64,000 nucleotides of DNA from NCBI GenBank assembly GCA_051530055.1, contig CM121342.1:13531480-13595479 (forward strand). The letters are read 5' to 3'. A model generated the notes under the pieces. That model was given only the letters and a program-made list of their open reading frames with translations, was not told the origin of the DNA and did no database searches. Numbering within the stretch: position 1 is the first letter of the stretch; each line of letters starts with the position of its first letter. The DNA is from Neoechinorhynchus agilis (lineage: Eukaryota; Animalia; Acanthocephala). Positions 1 to 10,358 of this stretch are shown here, in pieces. The position numbers were made by a program, and so were the translations under genes.

Positions 1-148
1 TATATAAATTGCAAAAGAGATTAAAAAGAATAAAATTTCTCTGTGTTCAATATGCCGCCAGTTTTTATGCAATCCAAACATTAGCACGATCGCTTTTGAA
101 CGGGGCAAGCAAACCGGAGTTGCAAAAATAACGAGACGCGGTCACAAA

Positions 149-694
149 TTGCTGTATTCCAAAATTAATGCAGTCCGGAGCGTATCAGCCGTCCCTTGTA
201 ATCCTTCTCATCAAATTACTCAAACAATGGGAACACAAAGCTCCAAACTGTATTACGGTTGGCTTAAAGCGCATAAGGCAGATTGCGTAGACCAACTTGG
301 CCTTGTTCCGGAGCTTCATGAAAAATACGTGACATCTTCTATGAGCGTTAGATTTCAACTTGATCTGATACCAAAGGCGATCCACGGTGACTTTGCCAAG
401 GGTAGAAGTGGATTGATGGAAGGCGCCTAGGAACCTTGAAGTATCAAGAATGATTGCACTTCTATTGACGGAAATGATATTTTAAAGAGTATAGACAAAG
501 AGTTGTTATGTACCAGTTCGTCACAGTCGTCGGACTTTTAAAGCGATTCCGGGCTCGAGGATCTTGATGAAAGTGAAACGCTCAAGAATTTGTTTTAATC
601 GCTGAGAACTGCAAATGAGAGTTACACCGTGAACCCAGTCGGTACCATGCTATCCTCGATGAGATTATACGTGTCTGAGGACGATGAAGATTAA
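149..694 (+). pseudogene. Degenerate reading frame with in-frame stops and an acidic C-terminus; product unknown
   Basis: The frame of ORF 149..430 continues through several stops to ...YVSEDDED* at 694; no recognisable motif. Confidence 0.2.
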
Positions 695-1969
695 ATTTGA
701 GCCACATATTATCCGAATTCCTAGTAAAAGTTATAAGGAAATACTTTTGTGAATGTTACTCTTTAAAATGCGATGGGGTTTAATCTAAAGTATTCGATGA
801 ACGAACTGGACAAGTAAAGCACCGCCGAACTTACAGTAAAATCTTTTTAAAAATGATTGTGTGAAATTGTAGCAAAAACATTGCGCTATTTTGTAACCGC
901 CAAAGCAAAAATCAAGCATTAAAATAACTTGCGATGCAAAAAAATCGGCATAGTTGAATTTTATATTTATGAAATGCGCTGTTGGTTTTTCTTGACATTT
1001 GTACCTGTGCGATTATAATAAAGACCAAGGGAATACATTTCTGACAGGACTTAAATCTTCCAACAAAATTACGAAGTACAAAAAATCTCCTTAGCTCAAG
1101 GCGCTATCTTACAGCGACGGGTTTATTCGACTGTAAATATTTGCATAGTACTGCTTTCATTTTGTGAATCCCGAATAAAACACTTCTAAAAACATATTTG
1201 TTCTTTTGTATTAATTAGCTTTATCATTCCAAAGAAATTTCTCTCGATGATTAATAAATTATTCTCTTCAAATTCATTCCAGTCAGTTAGTTGAAACGTA
1301 GTACTTTATTTGCGTTTTATCGTCTTTAACGTTTTATATTTTTACCGGACATTTTCAGCTTTGTTCATCTCACTCGAAATCCTTTAACCGAGCGATCGGA
1401 ACTTCAATTGCTTTAACAGCGAACCAATTCTCATAAAACTTTATATCTAAAAAACATATCAATACGGCACTTAGGTGATCTTTCTTATTTCAACAAAAAT
1501 TTTTTTTATACGTTATCAAGGTCGCTTATTTATCCGAATTTCGGCGATGTTTGAGTTTCATTCAATCGTTTTGTTTAAAGGCGGTGAAGCTGGTCGCCAA
1601 CAGAAGGGGATTGATCGGTTTCCTTGAAGCTTGCTGAATGTAGCTGAAAGCCAACCTCTTAATTCGTCGCAACTATCTAGGTAATGTTTGTATTGACGCG
1701 ATCATCAATTGAATAGAGCCCAAGAGGTTTTCCTTTGTGAGTTTAAGTAGGGCTCATTTTTTTCATACATCTAAGGAGTATCGATTTTCATTAACGAACT
1801 CTCATTGCGGAAAACAGCTTCTAAACTTTCTGATAGATTTCTTGTGCCAATTTTCGTCGAATCATATCGATCAATTCATTCTCCAGAGAAAAGAGCGACG
1901 ATTATATCAGTACACCAAAATCGAACTTAGAAATCTTCAAGAACTTTTCCTGTGGACTCGCATTTATAG

Positions 1970-3436
1970 ATGAATCAACCGAGAAACACTCCTGCTCCTC
2001 GACTCCTTTGCTCCACCCGGCTGATGATCGCAATCTTGGCATGTTTATGCTTGGTAGTCAACTATCTCCAACGGGTAAATCTTACTCAGACGATTGTTAG
2101 TATGACAGATAAAGCAAACTTGACCAGCGTTGTTTTCAATGAAACGAAAGGTCATTATCAAGAACTAAATACATCCTCTTCCAATAATAATGTAATTGAC
2201 TGGAATCGAAAAGTCCAAGGATACATCTTGTCTGCATATTTCTACGGATATCTTTTAACTCAAGCAATTGGAGGCGTTCTGGCATTCAAACTCGGACCTC
2301 AACGAGTGTTGATAATATCAGTAACTGGAAGTTCTTTGTGTACTCTGGCGACGCCATTCGCAGCCAACATAAGTCCAGTTCTAATGTTTTTGGTACGATT
2401 TTTTCTTGGATTTCTTGCAAGCGTCAACTGGCCTGCGCTTTTACATTTACTCAGTGAATGGGCTCCTGCTCAGGAAAGAAGTCAATTAATTGCTATAAGC
2501 AATTCCGGAGCACAATTGGGCACAATTGTCGCTCTTCCGCTATCCGCCGTCCTTTGCGAGCAATCGTTTTTGGACGGATGGCCCCTGGTTTTCTATGTGT
2601 CTGGAATCTTTGGAATAATGTGGACGATTGCATGGGCACTTTTGGCAAGATCGCGGCCAGAAGATCACCACTTTATCCCCAAACGAGAACTCGAGTATAT
2701 TTGTCAAAACAAACCAATTTCTTCAGCAATTGGCGAAGCTCCAAAAGTTCCGTACAAGGCCATATTTACATCAATCCCTTGTTGGGGAATGTTTACATCT
2801 CATTTTTTCAAGGCTGTTGGATTTTTTACTCTACTGACAAACATAAGTACGTACAGTAAGGACGTTCTGAATTTCAACGTTAAGAAAAGCGGATTTTTGG
2901 GTTCAGTACCCTATATCTTCTACTGGCTAATGACTTTGATCTGCGGAGTAATGTGCGATAAACTTATTAACGCCGGAACAATGGATCGTACAAAAGCCCG
3001 AAAAGTTTTTACAGCACTTGGAAACTTTCTACCTGGAATTTTCATATTCCTTACAGGATTTGTGACGGCCAAGACAGCTTGGGCCGGTACCCTGCTGTTT
3101 ACGCTGGTCTTGGCGACGACAGGATTTAATACAGGAGGTGGGATGTATTGCAGTGCCAACGACATGGCGCCAAGATTTGCTGGCATAATCTGGGGCATTT
3201 CTAACACGTTTGGAATCCTGCCAGGCGTATTGTGCCCGACAATGGTCGGCGTGATAGTAAAAGATGGATCGGCAAGCCAGTGGCGCATTGTATTTAGCAT
3301 TTGTGCTGTTTGTTATTTCATTTCAGGATTATCGTTTATATTGACGGGAACCGCGGAGGTGCAGCCATGGGCCCTTGATAAGGACGAAATCGTGATAGAT
3401 GAATTGGAAGAGGATGACGAAACAGCTGATTTGTGA
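1970..3436 (+). CDS. SLC17-family (sialin/VGLUT-like) MFS anion transporter, intronless CDS
   Basis: 488 aa multi-pass protein with SLC17 motifs WNRKVQGYILSAYFYGY, EWAPAQERS, GWPLVFYVSG, DMAPRFAG, WRIVF; probable 5'UTR intron 1681 (GTAATG) to ~1884 (CTCCAG). Confidence 0.95.
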   Translation: MNQPRNTPAPRLLCSTRLMIAILACLCLVVNYLQRVNLTQTIVSMTDKANLTSVVFNETKGHYQELNTSSSNNNVIDWNRKVQGYILSAYFYGYLLTQAIGGVLAFKLGPQRVLIISVTGSSLCTLATPFAANISPVLMFLVRFFLGFLASVNWPALLHLLSEWAPAQERSQLIAISNSGAQLGTIVALPLSAVLCEQSFLDGWPLVFYVSGIFGIMWTIAWALLARSRPEDHHFIPKRELEYICQNKPISSAIGEAPKVPYKAIFTSIPCWGMFTSHFFKAVGFFTLLTNISTYSKDVLNFNVKKSGFLGSVPYIFYWLMTLICGVMCDKLINAGTMDRTKARKVFTALGNFLPGIFIFLTGFVTAKTAWAGTLLFTLVLATTGFNTGGGMYCSANDMAPRFAGIIWGISNTFGILPGVLCPTMVGVIVKDGSASQWRIVFSICAVCYFISGLSFILTGTAEVQPWALDKDEIVIDELEEDDETADL

Positions 3437-3483
3437 TACAATTATTTTAAATAGTTTTAGTAGATTAATATAATAAAATAACC

Positions 3484-3800
3484 TCTAAAATTTGCACAGA
3501 TGACTTCCCCCCTCTCACTGAATGCGTTAATAAAATTTTCATTAAACGATCAAAACGCCTATCAACCCTACCGCCTCAATTTTTACCACATTTTGTTACT
3601 CTTTTCAGAGGGGTACAACAGCCGTAATCCTAATTCGTTTCACCCTCCTTCAACTTTACCTGCGCTCCTTTTTCAATACTGCCCAATCTTTTCGAATACC
3701 ATGACAGGAAATGAACCGGAGGATAGACCAGCTCTCCAAAAAAAGAAACTGCCCTTCCACACCGTAGCAGATCTTCCCAACCGACCAAAACAGTAATGTA
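3484..3800 (+). mobile_element. 3' terminal segment of the adjacent LINE (end of ORF2 plus 3'UTR), in opposite orientation to the LINE body
   Basis: Translates SKICTDDFPPLTECVNKIFIKRSKRL...; clearly homologous to 55803-56120; C-rich like the sense strand of the LINE. Confidence 0.65.
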
Positions 3801-3829
3801 CTCAATAATCAACATCCACATTATTTGAA

Positions 3830-6800
3830 CAACTCTGAACTCGAGTGGTTATGTGGACCCAAAGGTGGGCGAGGAAAGTGGGAAAGCGTATGTAAGGATA
3901 GGAAGGATGGCAGAAAGATAAAAGTGAGCAAGGTGTTTAGGGGATACGCCGAGACGCCGGAGGAGTTTGAGAAGGTAAAGACTAGGGTTTGCTTTTGATA
4001 GGGTAAATGAAATGTGGGCATCCCATTTAAGGTTTTCTTGGGAAGTCAGGCCCAGTATTCGGAGAGAAGAGGAGCGTTGGATGGGTAGAGGGAGAGGCGC
4101 GGGGATAAGATTGCGTTTGGAAGTGTGGAGGAGAAGCTCAAAAGATTTGGCTAAATTTAGGGAGAGGTTTAGGGTGGGGAGTGAGGAAATGAGATGGTTG
4201 ATCTCGTCCATGGTTGTGGAGGGGGAGAGAGAGGGAGATGCGATGGTAATGACTGTGAGGTCATCTGCATAGATAAAATATTTGGTAGGGGGAGTAAGGG
4301 GATGAAGGTCGTTTAGAAAAATGTCAAAGAGGAGAGGAGAAAGTACGGCGCCTTGGGGACCCCTTTAAATATGGGCAGAGGAGAGGAACAAGAAGTTCCA
4401 CATTGGATATATTGTTTGCGGTTGGGGAGGAAAGAGGAAATCCAAGCGAGTTGCCAGGTTGGGAGGCCAAAGGAAGCACATGATTGGAGGAGAAGGGAGT
4501 GGTCTACCGACTCGAACGCCCTGGAAATATCCAGTTGCACGAGACGGACGGTTGATGCTGGACTGGAATCTAAGCTGCGCGCAAGCGTATCGTGGATGCA
4601 GAGGAGCGCATCAGAACAAGAGTAAATGGATGGAAAGCGAATCGGGAAGGGGATAAGCTTTTTAAGGAAGAAGGGAAGTTGGCGGGTTTTAAAACATTTT
4701 TATAAGATTTTAGGGAAAGGTGAGAGAATAGAGATGGGACGAAAGGATGTGGGGGAAATCGGCTTATCGTTTTTGGGTAGGGGCACGACAAGGGCTTCTA
4801 TAAGACACGATGGGAAAGAGCCCAGTATAAAGCTAAGGATCGTTATGTGCGTTAGAGGATCGATAAGTTCCGGGATGATGAGACGAATGGCCCAATTTGG
4901 GATAGTCGAATTAGGGGAAGAATGGCGGGGCAGGCGTTTAAGGATCGCTAGGATTTCGACAAAGGAAAACGAAGGAAGGGCATGTATGAATCTGCGGGTC
5001 AGAAAGTGAGAAGGGAGGTTGGGACAATGGATTGGAGGTTTGGGGAGGACAGAAGTTTTTATTTATGGAGTTAAGGATTGAGAGGAGATCAGATTTGGGG
5101 AGAGATGCGAAGGGGTGGATCTACCAAGACCAGTGACATTTTTTATTTCACGCCACCAGTTTCGATTGGGAACGGACGAGAGACGAGATGAGAGGAATAA
5201 TTTGCGGGCTATACAGATGCGTTTTGTCAGTGTGGAGTGGAGGGAGGGGTAAGCGGGATTACCTGACCGGAAAGCTTTGGTGGCCTGCATTTGAAGGGTT
5301 TTTTAGAAAAGGCGAGAACCATGGAGGGTCGCGGTTCGAGATTCGTATTGTTTTACGAGGAAAGGAAACCTTCATCGTAGATTCTATTAGATTTAACATG
5401 CGTGATAAGAGAATTGACACATGCAGCAAAGGATTGGGTATAATGATTACGTTTATCCCAGACAACGTAGAGCTCGGAAAGGAACGTTTTTGAGGTGATG
5501 AGGGGGAGAGAAGGATGGAACAATGGTCAGACAAGGAGATCGGGGGGAGTTCGGTAGTGCACGAGTATTGCCTGATGTTTGAGAAAATTTTATCAAGGCG
5601 GGAGGGAGTTGGGAAAGATGAGAGAGCGAGGGCGGTATCGGTAGTTTGTTAAAATCGCAAAATATGATGAAGTGATCTGAGAAAGTGGAAAGTAGGTCAG
5701 TAAATAGGTGGTCTATTTGTTGAAGTGTGTTGGGAATGTTTGAGGAAGGAGGGCGATGAAGGCCAGCGATAGAGATCTCACGTTGGCCATTGCCGAGGGG
5801 GAGATGAAGTTGGATGTGTAGCCATTCAAGATCGTCGGAGATGAAAAGGTAGGGTGAAGAGCAATGGTAAGGGAGAGAGGCGCGGATGAAGATCGATATG
5901 CCTCCCATTGTTTCGGAAGTTCCTTTTGAGGTGAAAAGCTTAAAAGTTTGGAAGGAAGACAGATAATTTGCTATGGGGTGAGAGCCATGTTTCCGTAATT
6001 ACAAGGATGTCGGCGTTGCAAGAAGAGGCAACTATATGGAGCTCATCCGCGCAGAGAGAAGGGATGGGAGTTGACCGATGGGGTAGTTCGGGGGTAATGG
6101 ATTCTGGGTGGACACTGTAGTAAGGGATGATTTGATTGTAGGGACCATAAGGGTGGGAACTGTGCATGCGGGATGAACTCGGGGGGAAGGAGGATATTGG
6201 GAGTTGAAGAGGTGGTGGTAAGAGGTGAGGTAGTGTGCTCGTCCATTGTATTTTTCGCTTCTGAGCGCGAAGCGAAAATTTCCAGATTTGGTAGGGTGCG
6301 GATTAGTGGTTTTAGGCAGATGAGAGATGAGTGGAGGCAAGGATGAGAGGGTTTAGGAGGAGTTAAATTACGAGGCGAGGGATGCTTAATGTAGTCGTCG
6401 AAGGATCGTAGAGGTGTGTGCTTTTTACTGGAAAATCGAGGTACATAAGATAAGCTGGTAGGTTTTGATAGGGCTAATGTTGAAACGTAATCGTAGAAGG
6501 ATGGTAGGGGTTTATGGTTTTTTCTAGCAGTACGGGGTGCTAGAGAGGAGGTGGAGAATTTAGATGAGGTCGAGGAGGAAGGGGGGTTCGGTTTTAATAG
6601 TGGAGCAGAGTGAGACTTAGAGTGCAGGGACGAAGGAAAAGAAGTATGAGAGATGATAGGAACAGAATTAAGGAGAGGAGAAGATGTGGAGAGGAGTCAT
6701 GGAGGGCGCCGACAGCAAAGGGTGGGTGGACAGTATTTAAAGAGTGAAGCGAGCGAGAAGAGGAGGTTTAAGGTGGGGAAACTGAAGATGGAAGGGGTTG

Positions 6801-7250
6801 GGGTTTGGGGTTTGGGAGCGGTTAGGGTTTGGGTACTTATTGGGAAAGGGGGAAACCGGATAACACGGTTTGAACAAGGCGGAAGTACAGAAACCGCAAA
6901 TAAATTTCCGGCCTGCTGCCCAAGTAGCTGAGACGAATATTTGAGTTGCAACAGGACAATCGTCCATGTCACAGGGGCGAGCTTGGTAGTTGGGCGCTTT
7001 GGCCTCGGCATTGTTTGCAAGTGTTTATGACGTAAGATCGTGCGACGACGTTGATCGTGTGACGACGTTGATGCTCACAGATTTGATTGCAATTTTTTCG
7101 ACGTTAGATCTTGTGACGGCGTTGATCGTCTGACAAAGAAAGTATTCGATGATGTGTAACAACGACGAGAGAGAGAACGTTGAACTCTGAAGATTGACGA
7201 AAGAGAACGTTGACGAGAGAGAGAACGTTGACGAGTTCAACTTCGTCAGC
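3830..7250 (-). mobile_element. Decayed non-LTR retrotransposon (L2/CR1-group-like LINE; APE endonuclease + RT), near full length, many frameshifts
   Basis: APE motifs ADILVITETWL, GGISIFIR, HRPPSS, FCDFN, SDHCSILL; RT motifs QLDISRAFESVDH, GVP(QG), YADD, LRILG...WDAHIS; Cys-rich N-terminus CDMDDC...FICGFC; repeated CT-rich motifs at 7025-7250 probably the 5'UTR. Confidence 0.9.
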
Positions 7251-9060
7251 CAAAGGTACAACACAACCGAGCTTCTCAACAGGATTACGTGAGGTTTGTG
7301 ATGGGATTTTATCCCTGACGAAAACAGGAGTTCTTAGGGTAGATGGACCCCGTAATTCACGCTGCAGCGGTTCCGGTCAACTCCCTAAGTCCATTGATGG
7401 CGTGCGCAAAAATTCTATCACGACATCACCAGTACAAAATGAAATTCCATTTGTAGGGAATATTATTCGAGTTCTGTCCAGGAACGTTCTGAAAAGAATC
7501 CCAATTGGCACGCGATATCAGGCCGCAAAGAGATTCACCTCTTTATCGACAGACTGCATCAAGACAAACCCAGAGTTGTCGTGTATGCGTCTCTTTGCGT
7601 TTCTTAGACTAGCGTTTTCCGCTGGTGATGCTTCTGAGGGATCTCTGACCACAAAAATAAAAAGCGAACAAGTTCTTTTGACAAAAATTTTATTCAATGC
7701 CTTTCGACAGCATGCGAGCTACGTGGGGAGTGTGTCCAGGAGCGTGACCACCGCCGAAACTGAAATCGGTCCCAGGCTGGGCGCGTTTCTTCAGAGCTCG
7801 CGGACGGAGATGTCAGAGGAGCAGTTCGTCTTTTATCGTCAATGAACAGTCTCGCCAAAGATAGCGAAGAAACTTTACGAACTCTTCGTTCCAAACATCC
7901 CAGTGACGGCGGTCGCCAAATCAGAATTGAAGATGGCAATCTCCTGTTTTGCTAACGGGCTGCAGCCCGAAGACCTAAAGGATATGACTTCCTTTTCAGT
8001 AGGTGGCGCTGCCCGGTCCCTTCAAGTTGCATTGGCACGCTTAGTCGACCAATTTGCAGGAGGAGAGTTGATTCCGAAAGCAATTGAGTTATTTTTCGGC
8101 GCATCTTTGTGTGCCCCCCAATCCAATTGGAACAACTTCTAAACAGCAAAAATTTTAAATAAAAGTATCGCGGAAAAAGTAGGGATACTGCTTCGCCCTA
8201 CCCAGTTAGGCTGTTGTACACCTTACGGCGCAAAGGCGATTGTTCATTCACTTCGCACGTTCATCACCGGAAACTCAAAGCCGTGCGTGATCTTAAAATG
8301 TGATTTCAAAAATGCACTAAACACAGTTCACAGAGCAGATTACTCGAAGTAGTTAAAGATCACACACCAGAAGCATTTCGCTATTTCTTTAAAGCCTATG
8401 GGATTTCAACTCCCTTGTTGTTCAATAACCACGTTTTGTGGTCAGAAAGAATATTATAACAAGGGGATCCTTTGGGCCTAATAGTCTTCTCACTCGCAGT
8501 CAATCCCATCGCGCACTCTCTCCAGTCCAGCTTTAACGGCTGGTACCTGTACGATGCCACGTTCGGAGTTAACCCCTCTGTTGTATTGCGCGATTTTGAG
8601 ACACTGGTAAGGAGACGGCGAAAATTGGCATTGAATTGAATTCTGCGAGCGTCCAGACAAACTATCGTGAAAGATTTTCAGAACCTGGCCCCGATATAGA
8701 ATTGATCACTCTAGACCGGTTGAGTCTTTTATCAAGCTGCATTTTTGGTTCATATGCTTAAGCAAAGATTGCCGATCTTCAACCGCAACTTTCGGTGCTG
8801 TGCGAACGAGTTGATGAATTATCTTCACACGAGGTTCTGTTCCTGTCCAAAATTGCTGAATGGTCATTTGTTACATGCAAATTAAAGGCCACCAGGGTTC
8901 TTGGGATTTTTCCGCAAAGGCTAAGTGATTTTGATTAGTTCGCAAAATTGGACGGAACGGTGAAAAGCTCTCGCGATTTTTTAAAACTACTCAGCTGCTG
9001 GACAAGGCCTCGTGTCAGGTATTCTTGCCTGTGTCGTCTGGCAGTTTCGGTATTCATCAA
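7210..9060 (+). mobile_element. CRE-clade non-LTR retrotransposon remnant (N-terminal region + RT), frameshifted, C-terminal endonuclease region missing
   Basis: VCDG...VDGPRNSRCSGSG (degenerate zinc motif), VLKRIPIGTR, GLQPEDLKD, FFGASLCA, LRPTQLG, CDFKNALN, QGDPLG, WYLYD, QVFLPVSSG. Confidence 0.8.
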
Positions 9061-9239
9061 AATAAAATAAGGTGTGATCTACTCAAATCAGTTTCGTTGT
9101 ATTTCAATGTCTAAAAATACTCGTGTATTGTTTACCTTTACCTGCTATTTACTTGCGGTTTTTTAAGAAAGATATTTTATAAGCCATTCTAAGGCTCACA
9201 TCTTTTGCACAACTCATATAAAAAATCTAAAGGTCACTT

Positions 9240-9919
9240 TTATGACTGTTCGGTCATAGCACTTAATATTAGTTCAACGCAGGCACTTTTGAATTCCTTT
9301 GACTTTGGAATAAAATGACCATCAGAATGTACAATGACTCGTGCATATTGACTGTTTGGCGGCACAAGTGCGCGACTCCGATCGGCAGTTATGACTTTGT
9401 CCGCTAGGCCAAATACATGTAAAAATTTAATTTCAGTATTAAGTGGTGTGTGGATTTTATTGTTCATTGGGTTGTATCCTGAAATCAAGATGACGAATTT
9501 TGGATGTTTTCCAACGAAGGCATTACTCTCGGCACTATGGTACAGATTGAAATTTGGGTCCGCGCATTTCAACCCATATCGAAAGTAAGCAAGTACACGA
9601 GAAATGCAGCGCCTTGACTAAAAGCGAGAATGCCATCGAAAGGCCCGTCATTTGTCCACTTCTTTTTGAAAGCGCTTACCCCGGCAATGACCTCGCTTTC
9701 GTGGCACAGTCCTTCTGTTGACCACCAAGCCTTTGTTCCGTCCTGAAGAGAATACGTCCCGTCCAAAAAGTCGCAACTTTCAATGACTGATTTTAACGTT
9801 TTACGCAGATAACCTGTTTTTGTTCGAAATATCTCCGTATTTTGTTGATAGCCGTGCAGGAACAGGACTTTCGCTTTTGGTGACATATCTCTTAAATTGA
9901 CAAGAGGCCTTTCACCCAT
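9240..9919 (-). CDS. OVCA2: OVCA2/FSH1-family serine hydrolase, probably one intron (9596-9535, GT-AG, 62 nt)
   Basis: VLFLHGYQQN, AWW, FDGILAFSQGAA (catalytic Ser), HVFGLADKVI (Asp), HSDGHFIP (His); removing the 62-nt intron joins ORFs 9569..9919 and 9240..9572 in frame. Confidence 0.88.
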
Positions 9920-10064
9920 GAGTTCATTTTAGTGTTTCCAATAAAGTAATCACGCACTGTTTTCGGAGAATCTCAAGGAAAATGAATGGAAGAGCGAAAA
10001 TTCCAATATCAGTAGAATTTAAGCCTCTCTTCTCATAATTCAAAAATAGCAGCAAAAAAGGCAT

Positions 10065-10358
10065 TATCTATGTGTGGCCTTTTTTTGGGCACACAGCCCA
10101 CCGATATGGTCCAGAGAAACGCATAAAATCATTTAATACCCATCAACTATACAGTTATGAGTTTGTACATCCCTCAAGATTCTCAGATACCTCTCAAGGG
10201 GGCAAGACTCATCATTGAGTTTCCTCCCTTCAGCGGTATTTCGTTCCGTTTGGTCAGCGGTAACAGATTCGAACCCTTTGACCCAAATAAGGAAAATTAT
10301 CAGCCGTGAAAAAGGTCACACATAGATACTGAATGAAAGCTACCGGCTGGCTAGACAT
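10065..10358. mobile_element. SINE family 1, copy A: head-to-head dimer (long minus arm with B-box, short plus arm with intact 3' end)
   Basis: Homologous to 34099-34359, 35349-35864 and 53070-53490; B-box GGTTCGAATCT on the minus strand; flanked by 12-bp direct repeat CAAAAAAGGCAT (10053-10064, 10359-10370). Confidence 0.75.

Noticed and set aside
6790-6850. Telomere-like G/T repeats
   Set aside because: Irregular, and they are the antisense of a Pro/Thr/Gln-rich coding linker inside the LINE
7025-7250. CRISPR-like array or spliced-leader target next to the CRE element
   Set aside because: Only about three short irregular repeats of each motif with no constant spacers, eukaryotic context and no recognisable SL or Sm site; base skew matches the LINE 5'UTR
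9535-9596. Programmed frameshift in the OVCA2-like gene
   Set aside because: A 62-nt GT-AG intron of typical size restores the frame
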